The notes below the pieces were generated by a model. That model saw only the letters and a program-made list of their open reading frames with translations. It was not told the DNA's origin and ran no database searches. Below are positions 18,582-27,838 of a stretch of 43,531 nucleotides of DNA, piece by piece. A program made the translations under genes and the position numbers. Where the stretch lies: positions 1 through 43,531 of the forward strand of contig LBUD01000003.1 in NCBI GenBank assembly GCA_000992395.1, written 5' to 3'. Position 1 is the stretch's first letter; each line of letters starts with the position of its first letter. Source of the stretch: Parcubacteria group bacterium GW2011_GWA2_38_13. Its GTDB lineage: Bacteria > Patescibacteriota > Patescibacteriia > Buchananbacterales > GWA2-38-13.

Positions 18582-18610
18582 TTGACAAACACCTTATATC
18601 ACGATATAGT
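18582..18610 (+). promoter_or_regulatory. Sigma70 promoter, near-leaderless transcript
   Basis: TTGACA N17 TATAGT, 11 bp before ATG 18622. Confidence 0.7.
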
Positions 18611-18621
18611 AGAATAACAAT

Positions 18622-19371
18622 ATGCAAAGAAACATTTTTTTTATTACAATAATATTTATCGCATTCGTGTTTGGCGGATGCACTGCAAAAGACGATATTC
18701 TTATTATTAATGATGCGCAAAGCAATCCATTAGTGCAAGATTCGCCAACACCCACTCCTACCCCCTCACCAAAGCCTAAAATCGTGCTGTATAGCGTGCC
18801 TTTTGCCTCGCAAGCCCCTTTATTAAATTGGGATGAACTTCACAACGAGGCGTGCGAGGAGGCTTCTATGATAATGGCTGACACCTTTTTCCATAAGCTG
18901 TCTTTGGATAAAAATATAATGGAAGAAAAAATACAAAAGCTGGTGAAGTGGGAAGAAGAGAATGGATACACAATTGACGTAACAGCGAATGAAGTGGCCA
19001 AGATATTGAAAGATTATTTTTCATTGAACGCCTCAGTAAAACCTATTAATGACGCCTTGGATATTATTAGTGAGCTTGAGCATGGGTATCTGGTTATCGT
19101 GCCTGCGGCAGGACGATTATTAAAAAATCCAAACTATAAAACACCGGGGCCGCTATATCATATGCTTTTGGTGCGAGGATACGATCTGAATAAACAGGAA
19201 ATTATCACCAATGATCCGGGTACGCGCAAGGGCGAAGGGTACAGATATTCCTACGATGTTTTTTTTAACGCAATACATGATTGGCCAAAACTTGGTTTAG
19301 GAAAAGATGATGTAAGCGACGAAGAGATGAATGGCTCAGATAAGGTGATGATAGTTGTGTCGGGTATTTAA
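18622..19371 (+). CDS. Peptidase C39-like lipoprotein
   Basis: Lipobox-like VFGGC, PT linker, VPFASQAP..WD..H.EACEEAS, HMLLVRGY, NDPGT. Confidence 0.8.
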   Translation: MQRNIFFITIIFIAFVFGGCTAKDDILIINDAQSNPLVQDSPTPTPTPSPKPKIVLYSVPFASQAPLLNWDELHNEACEEASMIMADTFFHKLSLDKNIMEEKIQKLVKWEEENGYTIDVTANEVAKILKDYFSLNASVKPINDALDIISELEHGYLVIVPAAGRLLKNPNYKTPGPLYHMLLVRGYDLNKQEIITNDPGTRKGEGYRYSYDVFFNAIHDWPKLGLGKDDVSDEEMNGSDKVMIVVSGI

Positions 19372-19448
19372 TATCGAGTATCAAGTATAAAGAATCAAGT
19401 ATGAATCATACTCAAAACTTTATTCTCAATACTCAATACTTAATACTA
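19372..19448. repeat. Inverted heptamer array (TATCAAG then CTCAATA units)
   Basis: tatcgag tatcaag tataaag aatcaag ... ctttatt ctcaata ctcaata cttaata; fills the intergenic gap. Confidence 0.75.
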
Positions 19449-19452
19449 TCCT

Positions 19453-19683
19453 ATGGATAAACAAATTGAAAAAGTAATTGACGGTGATATTCGCCCCCAA
19501 ATACAAGGCGATGGCGGTGATATTGAATTTATTTCATTTGATAAAAAAACCGGAACGGTAAGGGTCCGGCTTCATGGCGCTTGCCAGGGATGTCCAATGT
19601 CTCACGTTACGCTTTTTCAAGGGGTTGAGAAACTCTTGAAAGAAAAAATTCCTGAAGTGAAAGGAGTAGAAGTTATTGAATAA
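19453..19683 (+). CDS. NifU-C/Nfu-type Fe-S scaffold domain protein
   Basis: IRPQIQGDGGDIE...GACQGCPMS. Confidence 0.9.
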   Translation: MDKQIEKVIDGDIRPQIQGDGGDIEFISFDKKTGTVRVRLHGACQGCPMSHVTLFQGVEKLLKEKIPEVKGVEVIE

Positions 19684-19687
19684 TCAG

Positions 19688-20080
19688 CTATTCATTAATA
19701 ATATTTTCCGAATCCTTAAGAGGCGCGTCATTTTTTGTTTTTTCAATGATTGTATCAGGCAATATTTGCGCAGTAGATGAGACGATTCTGTTTTCCAGAA
19801 AAAAATTACTCATTTTTTCAATCTCGTTTCCAAAACGAGAATTTTTTTTGTCTTGAATTTTAAGAATTATTTTTTCAAATTCATTTTTGCTAAATGATTC
19901 CGGGGCAACCTCCTGTCTTTTTATGGCAATGTCATTGGAAGAAATTATTGATTGGTAAACGAATGTATAGAGAAAAAATCCCGTGAATACAACTATAATA
20001 AAAATAAATATAAAAGATATAATATAAAAAACTTTTTTGGTAATCGTTATTTTTACGCGGAATTTTGGTTGAAAATTCAT
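19688..20080 (-). CDS. Membrane-anchored protein at the PilP position of the pilus operon
   Basis: Single TM; 4-bp overlap with the pilO-like gene. Confidence 0.6.
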   Translation of the reverse strand: MNFQPKFRVKITITKKVFYIISFIFIFIIVVFTGFFLYTFVYQSIISSNDIAIKRQEVAPESFSKNEFEKIILKIQDKKNSRFGNEIEKMSNFFLENRIVSSTAQILPDTIIEKTKNDAPLKDSENIINE

Positions 20081-20634
20081 AATGTTGTATTTTCAAATTC
20101 AAGAATAAAGGCGGTACCAATAATTTCAGCCGTTATGTTGCCTTGTTTATTCAGTGAATTTATGGAAATATTGGAAATATTAAAATAAGTATCCAGCGCT
20201 TCTATATCAGATAAAAATTTCAATAATTGCTCAAAACCCCCTTCAATTTTAAGGGAAAGCGGCATGGTTTTTGCGATAGATGTTTTGCCATCGGTTAAAT
20301 TTTTTTTATCTATTTTTGTAAATACGGGCTCTAAATTATATTTTTGTGATATTATTTCAAGCTGAGTTATAAATTCAAGCTCTTTGCCGTTTTGGATAAA
20401 TAGAGTATCAATTTCATTTTTTCGGGATTCAACGGATTTAAAATCTTGTACCACTTTTTTGAGAAATTGACCTTGCTGGATTTTTGTTTCCAGCATTTCC
20501 GCCTCTATCCTTATATCATTATTGATTTTTTTAATTTCTTTAAGCGTGGGAGCAACGAGAAAAAATTCAATAATAAATATAATGATTACAAATGCTGATA
20601 CGATGATTGCAATTTTTTTCTTGTTTGAATTCAT
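20077..20634 (-). CDS. pilO: Type IV pilus assembly protein, PilO-like
   Basis: TM, coiled coil, LKIEGGFEQLLKFLSDIE motif; follows pilN. Confidence 0.75.
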   Translation of the reverse strand: MNSNKKKIAIIVSAFVIIIFIIEFFLVAPTLKEIKKINNDIRIEAEMLETKIQQGQFLKKVVQDFKSVESRKNEIDTLFIQNGKELEFITQLEIISQKYNLEPVFTKIDKKNLTDGKTSIAKTMPLSLKIEGGFEQLLKFLSDIEALDTYFNISNISINSLNKQGNITAEIIGTAFILEFENTTL

Positions 20635-21176
20635 GGGGTTATTCGCGTTATTTTGTCTACTGAAAATTCTAAATTTATCGAAAATATGATGTTTTCTTTC
20701 TTGAAAAGCGCATCGTATGGAAATTTGTATTCTTTGAAATATCCGCTAGAGTTAATATTTTTTTCAAAATCAATAAGATCTTGCCTTTTTTTTGCTGAAC
20801 CCGATATTGCCGCATTTCCCTTATCATTAACACTTAGCGCGCTTATGGTAATTCCTGAGTTGGCAATGGAATTGAATTTTATAAAAAAAACTATCCAATC
20901 GATATGGTCTTTTTGGATTTGAGATACGGCATCAATCTCTTTTTTTAGATTTTTTATTTCCGAGTTTGAAATTTTTATCGGTATTGTTCCTAAAACATTG
21001 CTTGATACCGCGTATGTGAAATGATTCAGAAGAATAATTTTTCCAATCAATAGCATGGTGGATGAGATAATAAATCCGGCAAGAATCACAAGCATAAAAT
21101 TCTTAATAGCAATATATGTATTAAGCATTTGAAGCTCTTTTTTTTCTTTTTCCGGAATGAGATTGAGCGTAATCAT
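20631..21176 (-). CDS. pilN: Type IV pilus assembly protein, PilN-like
   Basis: N-terminal LNLIP (INLLP-type) motif, TM, ISGSA..R.DL..F. Confidence 0.75.
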   Translation of the reverse strand: MITLNLIPEKEKKELQMLNTYIAIKNFMLVILAGFIISSTMLLIGKIILLNHFTYAVSSNVLGTIPIKISNSEIKNLKKEIDAVSQIQKDHIDWIVFFIKFNSIANSGITISALSVNDKGNAAISGSAKKRQDLIDFEKNINSSGYFKEYKFPYDALFKKENIIFSINLEFSVDKITRITP

Positions 21177-21183
21177 ACAATTC

Positions 21184-22242
21184 TTATTCCGATCCCCTTA
21201 AAGCAAGCCCAATGGCAGTTGCATAAGACAAAATATTATTTTTATCTAAACGTATGGAGTTTCCGATTTTAGAAATATTTGTCATGGGATCGCCCAGCTT
21301 TACCGGAATATGGAATTTTTCATATAAAATAGTATCCAGATCCATAAGATATGCGCCTCCTCCGCAAAGTAAAATTTCTTTTATAATGCCTGTTTTGCCG
21401 TTTTGTTCTTCATAGAAAAATATCGCCTCTTCCACCTTTCTCATAAGAATGCTGACATTGCCCATAAGGATTGTTTTCAATATTCCTTTGCATTTTTTTT
21501 TGTCAAGTCCGCAAAGAATTTTTGCCTGTTCGGCTTTTTTCAAATCCAAATCCAATTTTTCTGATATTTTTCGCGTTATATCATTACCTGAAACCGGTAA
21601 GGACATACAAAATTGTATTGTGTTTTGATCGTAAACAATAAGGCTGGTTCGTGTTGCTCCGAAGTCAATGATAATCCTTGCGCTTGAGTTATTCTGGCGG
21701 TGAAGCGAAAATAAACTTCTGGCCAATGGCGCCGCCTCAATCTCAAGGGCAATGGGTAATAGCCCCGCTGATTTAATTACTCCCATATAGCTGTCAACAA
21801 TTTGAATGGGCGCGGCGCCGGCCAATACATCATTTTTTGCATTTTTTTGGAATTCACCCGACATTTGCCAATCAAAATATATTTCATCCATTGAATAGGG
21901 GATGTGGCGGGTCATTTCCTGAATAAGATGTTCGGGTAATTTTTCTATGCTTTCGCTTTCAATTTTTAAAAGCTTGATAAAAGTTTTTGTATCCGGTAAA
22001 ACGCTGATTACTTTGTCAGTCCGTATTTTTTTTCCATTAGAGGAAGATACAAGTTGTTGTATTGCATGTGTTAGCTGATCGGGCTTTTGTATCTCGCCAT
22101 CGTTAATGCACCCTTGGGGAAGGGGAAGCTCGCCCTGGCTGACAACTGAAAATTTTTTTCCGTATTTTTCAATACAAACAAGACGTAGCGTGAAATCCCC
22201 GATATCAAGGCCTATGACATTATGTTCTTTTATCGTAAACAT
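21184..22242 (-). CDS. pilM: Type IV pilus assembly protein PilM
   Basis: IGLDIG, IPYSMDEIYFDW, IDFGATRT, LCGGGA, ATAIGLALR. Confidence 0.92.
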   Translation of the reverse strand: MFTIKEHNVIGLDIGDFTLRLVCIEKYGKKFSVVSQGELPLPQGCINDGEIQKPDQLTHAIQQLVSSSNGKKIRTDKVISVLPDTKTFIKLLKIESESIEKLPEHLIQEMTRHIPYSMDEIYFDWQMSGEFQKNAKNDVLAGAAPIQIVDSYMGVIKSAGLLPIALEIEAAPLARSLFSLHRQNNSSARIIIDFGATRTSLIVYDQNTIQFCMSLPVSGNDITRKISEKLDLDLKKAEQAKILCGLDKKKCKGILKTILMGNVSILMRKVEEAIFFYEEQNGKTGIIKEILLCGGGAYLMDLDTILYEKFHIPVKLGDPMTNISKIGNSIRLDKNNILSYATAIGLALRGSE

Positions 22243-22248
22243 AAATAT

Positions 22249-23724
22249 TTATATACTTTCGCCGGGCAAAAGTTCTTCCCAAGATACAAATGTATATTCT
22301 CCCGATGAAGGGTACATTGGCGGAGGGGTATACAAAAGGTTTGAATCGTAATTTATATTTCTTGTCCCGTATCCCGAGCACCATACACCTCCGCAAACCC
22401 ATGAAAAGCCATATCTTTGGTTTGAGGCAATAGAGCCGTAGAAATTCAAAGTATTGCGTTTGTAATACGTCCCGCTACAATCAGACGGATAATAATTTCT
22501 CCCCACACGCCCTTTTTGAGCCAATAAAGCGGCATCTATTTCTATGGGATCGTCGCTATAAAGCCCGATTAAAATATTATTTTGGGAAATTATGCCAAGT
22601 TCAACGGTGCCATCCTTAACAGAATATTGCAGATTGTGATTTATCCAGATATCTGCGGTGGCGGATGCCAAAGGTTCTTTCGCGGCTACAACGTTTACAA
22701 AATTTCCGCTATTTAATGTTCCATCTATCCATACATTGTCTTCAACAAATATTATACCATTATCAGGTATGTTGGCGCTAGTCCAGTTTCCTTGGTATTG
22801 GACAATTGACCCCGTTGTGGTGGAATGGGTCTGCCATTGCCCACCTTCCCATCTGGTCCATGAGCATGAATTTGTAGTGCGAACATTGCGATATTGCAAA
22901 GTATCTCCTAAAAATTGTATATGAACGCCTTCTCTGTTGGATTTATTGATTTTTAATCCGGCGTTTTGCTGTAATTGATACAGATCCGCGCTGACTATAT
23001 TAAAATCAATTGTTGACACGGGATACCTTCTGCCCGATGCGAATATATCTGTTCTTAAGGGGGGCTGGGTATTTGGCGATGGGTCTTGCGGCGCAACGCA
23101 GGTATGAACGCCCCATGATGAAACCGTACAAGCATCGGAATCAACGTCGTTATACGTTTCCAGCCCGCTTGTAACCTCATTGTACGCTATGCCATCAAAG
23201 CGTATTCCGCCATTCGCATGGATGGGGCCGTGAACGGTCGTGCCTGCGCCAAATCGCAGGCTGGAATTTGAAAGCGCCGCGTATCGTGCCCAGGAGGGCC
23301 TGCCGTACCGGACTCCGGCGATTCTTTTAGTGTTTGGATTATCAATCGTCCATCCGGTTGATTTGATTTTTACAACCGTGGAATTGGCGGGCGGGGGAGT
23401 TATATAAAGCTCAAACCTTCCGATTATGTCGCCGCTTGGGTCTTCGTAATCATGGACATACGGACCGCAGGGATTGCATCCTGTTTGCCCCGTGCCGTCG
23501 GCATAATCTTCGGGAGAATTATCAAGATGCCATTTATAATAATTTGTTCCCGCCTCGGCTATTTGAAGCGCTGATAATTTAATTTTTCTCGCCAAGTGCA
23601 TTTTTTTTTGTTGTACAAGAATGCCAAGCAGTCCTCCGCTTAATACAATAAAAATAAATGTAAAAGCGAGCATGGTAATAAGTATTGAGCCTTTATTATT
23701 TTTTATGCACAATCTTTTTTTCAT
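22249..23724 (-). CDS. PilX-like minor pilin
   Basis: KGSILITML N-terminus, ALQIAEAG, IKSTG, C-terminal YD..LLY.PPP. Confidence 0.8.
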   Translation of the reverse strand: MKKRLCIKNNKGSILITMLAFTFIFIVLSGGLLGILVQQKKMHLARKIKLSALQIAEAGTNYYKWHLDNSPEDYADGTGQTGCNPCGPYVHDYEDPSGDIIGRFELYITPPPANSTVVKIKSTGWTIDNPNTKRIAGVRYGRPSWARYAALSNSSLRFGAGTTVHGPIHANGGIRFDGIAYNEVTSGLETYNDVDSDACTVSSWGVHTCVAPQDPSPNTQPPLRTDIFASGRRYPVSTIDFNIVSADLYQLQQNAGLKINKSNREGVHIQFLGDTLQYRNVRTTNSCSWTRWEGGQWQTHSTTTGSIVQYQGNWTSANIPDNGIIFVEDNVWIDGTLNSGNFVNVVAAKEPLASATADIWINHNLQYSVKDGTVELGIISQNNILIGLYSDDPIEIDAALLAQKGRVGRNYYPSDCSGTYYKRNTLNFYGSIASNQRYGFSWVCGGVWCSGYGTRNINYDSNLLYTPPPMYPSSGEYTFVSWEELLPGESI

Positions 23725-23731
23725 AAAAATT

Positions 23732-24367
23732 TTACAAATTGTCTTTTAGGTTTCTCAATGTTACAAACATTTCCAGATTAAAATTATCAGGAGCTTTGTA
23801 CGGATCAATATTGATTGTGAGAAGCAACTTGATAAGCCGGATAGCATTTATAGAAACCGGCTGGGGCATCGGATTGTTTACTGTATCTTGCGGGTAATTG
23901 CCGTTGTAATAATAAAAAATAGGATTTGCCCCGTTTTGAATAAATTGGGCGATGGTTGTGGTTGCTTCATTCGCGCTTGGGTATTGCGCCGGCGTTCCGG
24001 CAATCGGCTTGATCACTCCTCTGATAAGATTTGTTCCCGTTAAGGTGTATCGGACTTTTTCAATAACCGCATCGGTATCAATATCGCTATAAAACGTAAA
24101 GCTTTGCGAGTCAGCCTGGACAATGGGATAATCGCCATTTTCTCCGTACGATGCTTCACGAATTTCTTTCACCATGTTTTCTATTCCTTTTTTTGCGTAT
24201 TCTGTCGCATCAGACATTTCTAAAGAAAATCTATTCATATTATAGCCTTGAAAAATATAATCCATGGTTATCAATACCAAGATGGCAAAAATTGAAACAG
24301 CCATTAAAACCTCTATAAGCGTAAAGCCCTGTTTGCGGCAATTAAATTTTAATAATAATTTTTTCAT
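23732..24367 (-). CDS. Prepilin (PilW-like minor pilin)
   Basis: QG/FTLIEVL class III signal, EIREA, C-terminal VTLRN. Confidence 0.85.
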   Translation of the reverse strand: MKKLLLKFNCRKQGFTLIEVLMAVSIFAILVLITMDYIFQGYNMNRFSLEMSDATEYAKKGIENMVKEIREASYGENGDYPIVQADSQSFTFYSDIDTDAVIEKVRYTLTGTNLIRGVIKPIAGTPAQYPSANEATTTIAQFIQNGANPIFYYYNGNYPQDTVNNPMPQPVSINAIRLIKLLLTINIDPYKAPDNFNLEMFVTLRNLKDNL

Positions 24368-26625
24368 TCTAAGTTTAATATTACATTAATAGTTTGATCA
24401 GCGTTTAAAATTATAGGCAGAGGCGGATCTGATGTTAAAATATTGTAAGTCGAGGCGACAATCGGATAATCATCCCATTCAAGTCCTGATAAAGTAAGTG
24501 TTCCGTTTGCATTGGTAGAAAAATTATTTGAATATTTATAGATAACCGGATTTTCGCCGATTTTTTTTATTCCGTGGATGGATAAAGGAACATTTCCAAT
24601 GTTGGTAATTATTTGGGGATCAATATTATATACTGCGGCCTTAATATCAAGATTTCCGCCGTTATTATCCTGCCATGTTACAGTAAGAAATCCGTTTTTG
24701 TTAATAAATATATCGGGATTTCCCTGTTCATTGGAATTCGTTTGGTTGATGCGCGTGTCGAATTCAATAAGTTTATTTCCGTCCGAATCGATTTTTTGCA
24801 TAAAGATGTCGGAATTCCCATACCTATTGTCTTCCCAAACAATATAAAAATTATTTGAATTATCTTCAATTATCGCGGGAACATCCTGCGAACTTTCGCC
24901 TATGTCGGAATTAATCCGCACATCATTTGCCCATATTTTTGCGCTGTTAGTATCATATTTTTGGGAAAAAATATCATAATTGCCAAACCGAGCATCTTGC
25001 CATGTGTAATAAAGGTAATTGTCATTTGAAATTACGAAATCCGGATTCATTTGTTCCGTGGTGGTGGCGTCCGTATTAATCCTGGTGTCATTAGCCCAGA
25101 CATTATTTCCATCCTGGTTGTATTTCTGTGAGAATATGTCATTATTGCTATTACGATTGTCGTACCAAGCGAAGTAGAGGTTTTCATTTCCCTCGATTAT
25201 CATTGTGTCAATTTGAATTTTTGGCATACCCTGCGTAGCGGTTGTAGCATCTGTATTAATGCGTTTTTCCGAAGCCCAGACTCCATTTCCCGCTGGCGTA
25301 AATTTTTGCGCGTAAATATCATTAACATCATTTCTGGAATCCTGCCAGATTATATATTCAAATGTTGAAGATGCGTTTATGATTATTTGAGGAATGGTTT
25401 GGTCTGCTGATTCCGCCTGCGTGTCTACTTTTTTTCCTTCTCCCCATTCCTGATTTCCCGAAGAATTTATTTTTGAAAAATAAATATCCTGATTTCCGTT
25501 TCTATCATCATTCCATACCACATATATATAGCAATCTTTGTCAACGGCAACGTCGGGATTGTTTTGATTGTTCGCCGTTGTCAGGGCAAGATCCGGGTTC
25601 CACTGTTTAATTCGGTTAGCATCATATTTTTGCGCGTAAATTCTTGGATTGTCATTTTGCCTTTTATCGCGCCAGGTGAATATATAGCTTCCGTCCGGGC
25701 ATATGGCCATACTTGGATTATCTTGATCATAGGCTGTTGCATCGGTATTTATAACCCAATCAGCGGCAACAGATTGGCGGATGGTCCTGATATTTAATTG
25801 CGAAACAATATCTATGGCAAATCCGATTTCATTAAAATCGCCTTCAATTACGGATGCGTTCGCCTTGGTTGGAACGGGATTTCCAACCGCATCGGTGCAC
25901 GCGGCGCCGGCAACATCAATGGAGCATGTCCGATCGGTGCTGTAATTCGTTTTTGTCGTAACGATTGAATATTTGTTCGTTCCTGCCGGCGCTCCGGGAA
26001 TTACGACTCTTCCTAAAGAATTTGTCTGCGTATTTATATCAACGGTAGATGTTGCAAATGACGCTTGCACCCGCACGCTTGCCTGCGGGACTGCCTGCCC
26101 GCTGGCATTAAATACAACAATGGAAAGAGTGCCGGTTCCGGCAACATTATGATTTCTTTTTGGCGAAATTGATGTGACAAATGTCTGGGTCTGGTTTCCC
26201 ATGGGACCGGTCCATGAAATTTGCATCCTTACTTTTTTATAATCGGTTCCGGAAAAATCGGTCGGGGAAATTCCGTCAGCGGGATCATCAACGTACACTA
26301 TATAATAATTTATGGAATAATCAGTGCCGTTCACATTATCAATTTCATTTTGCGGAAACACGCCCGATGGAATTCCGCTAACGGTTCCCACATTGTCATA
26401 CGATAAATTTTTTATTATTTCTAATTTTTCTTCTCCAAGCGCTATCGCCTGGACGAGAAGTTTATTTTCCATAACCAATCGCAGGGCAAAAGAAAACATA
26501 CCCAGTATGGCGACTACCAGGATTGAAATTATGAATACCGACAAGACGGCCTCAATAAGCGTGAAACCATCGCGTCTCGCGCCTGATGCGCATGTTTTAA
26601 TATTTTGTATTGATTTTAATTTCAT
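24364..26625 (-). CDS. Large prepilin (PilV-like) with a carboxypeptidase-regulatory-like domain and a seven-repeat insertion
   Basis: DG/FTLIE, EIIKNLSY, YKKVR, GTLSIVVFNASGQAV; seven W.D.R.GN.DI..QK repeats. Confidence 0.85.
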   Translation of the reverse strand: MKLKSIQNIKTCASGARRDGFTLIEAVLSVFIISILVVAILGMFSFALRLVMENKLLVQAIALGEEKLEIIKNLSYDNVGTVSGIPSGVFPQNEIDNVNGTDYSINYYIVYVDDPADGISPTDFSGTDYKKVRMQISWTGPMGNQTQTFVTSISPKRNHNVAGTGTLSIVVFNASGQAVPQASVRVQASFATSTVDINTQTNSLGRVVIPGAPAGTNKYSIVTTKTNYSTDRTCSIDVAGAACTDAVGNPVPTKANASVIEGDFNEIGFAIDIVSQLNIRTIRQSVAADWVINTDATAYDQDNPSMAICPDGSYIFTWRDKRQNDNPRIYAQKYDANRIKQWNPDLALTTANNQNNPDVAVDKDCYIYVVWNDDRNGNQDIYFSKINSSGNQEWGEGKKVDTQAESADQTIPQIIINASSTFEYIIWQDSRNDVNDIYAQKFTPAGNGVWASEKRINTDATTATQGMPKIQIDTMIIEGNENLYFAWYDNRNSNNDIFSQKYNQDGNNVWANDTRINTDATTTEQMNPDFVISNDNYLYYTWQDARFGNYDIFSQKYDTNSAKIWANDVRINSDIGESSQDVPAIIEDNSNNFYIVWEDNRYGNSDIFMQKIDSDGNKLIEFDTRINQTNSNEQGNPDIFINKNGFLTVTWQDNNGGNLDIKAAVYNIDPQIITNIGNVPLSIHGIKKIGENPVIYKYSNNFSTNANGTLTLSGLEWDDYPIVASTYNILTSDPPLPIILNADQTINVILNLE

Positions 26626-26630
26626 TGCGT

Positions 26631-27806
26631 TTATACCTGCTCTGCCAATGAGTACATTGGCATAATTATCGCAACCGCCATCGCGCCCACGCCCACGCCC
26701 AAGATAAGCATCAAAACCGGCTCAATAATAGCCGGAAGATTTTTCATAATTTGGTCAACCTCGTCTTCAAAAAATACCGCGGATTGCTCCAAAATGGTAT
26801 CAATCGCGCCGGTTTCTTCCCCGACCGCGATCATTTGCATGATAACGGGCGGAAAAAGAGTTGAGTACGCTTCCAGCGAATCGTGCACGTTTTTTCCTTT
26901 TTTAATTTTTTCTTTGCCTTCAAGAAGCGCGCGTTTATACAGCTCGTTTCCAAGAATGTTGGATGTGATTTCAAAACTTTTTACAATCGCTATGTCTGTT
27001 TTTAAAAGCGAACTGAGCGTTCTGCAAAAGCGCGCAAGATTTATTTTTTTTATAATATTTCCCGCAATCGGGGTTTTTAAAATCATGGTATGCACAATAA
27101 ACCGGCTCTTGGGTGTTAGAATCAACTTGCGAAGCAAGATGATGGCGACTACCACAGCGATAAGAATAAAAATGCCGTATGCGAGAGTAAATTCTGAAAT
27201 TGCAATAAGAACGCGTGTTGCAAGCGGAAGTGTGCCGCCCATTTCTTTAAAAATAGCGGTTAAATTCGGAACAACGTATATTATAACCATGATTGCCACT
27301 CCGACCATTGCCGTCACAACAACTGCGGGATAAATCATAGCGCTTTTTACTTTGGATATAATGTCGTGGTCTTTTTTCATCTGCACGAAAAGCTGTTTGA
27401 AAACCTCTTCAAGTTTTCCGCTTGATTCTCCGGCTCGCACCATATTGACAAAAAGTTCGCCGAAAACTATTTTGTGCTCTTCCAGCCCTTCCGACAGCAG
27501 GTTGCCGCGTTCAACCGTTGCCTGAAGGTCGGCAAGTATGGCTTTGAACTTTTTGTTAACAGTCTGCTCGGCGAGAGTTTTCAATGCTATACCCAAAGAA
27601 ATACCGGTTTGAACCATGATCCCAACCTGTTGGACGAAAAAAATTTTATCTTTCACGGAAATTCTGGATAGCAGATTTTCTATAAAGGAAATATTTAATT
27701 TTTTTTCTTTTTGTTTTTGTTTGGGGGTTTTTGCGGCTTCATCATTTTCCGTAATAGTGTTTGCCGGCGTAGCGATGTTTGGTCGCGGATCAGGGGAAAT
27801 AGCCAT
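26631..27806 (-). CDS. pilC: Type IV pilus platform protein PilC/GspF
   Basis: AGESSGKL, AMIYP, LPLATR, VGEETG, IEP, PMY. Confidence 0.93.
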   Translation of the reverse strand: MAISPDPRPNIATPANTITENDEAAKTPKQKQKEKKLNISFIENLLSRISVKDKIFFVQQVGIMVQTGISLGIALKTLAEQTVNKKFKAILADLQATVERGNLLSEGLEEHKIVFGELFVNMVRAGESSGKLEEVFKQLFVQMKKDHDIISKVKSAMIYPAVVVTAMVGVAIMVIIYVVPNLTAIFKEMGGTLPLATRVLIAISEFTLAYGIFILIAVVVAIILLRKLILTPKSRFIVHTMILKTPIAGNIIKKINLARFCRTLSSLLKTDIAIVKSFEITSNILGNELYKRALLEGKEKIKKGKNVHDSLEAYSTLFPPVIMQMIAVGEETGAIDTILEQSAVFFEDEVDQIMKNLPAIIEPVLMLILGVGVGAMAVAIIMPMYSLAEQV

Positions 27807-27838
27807 AATAAATATTTTTAAAAATTTTTAATTTAAAC

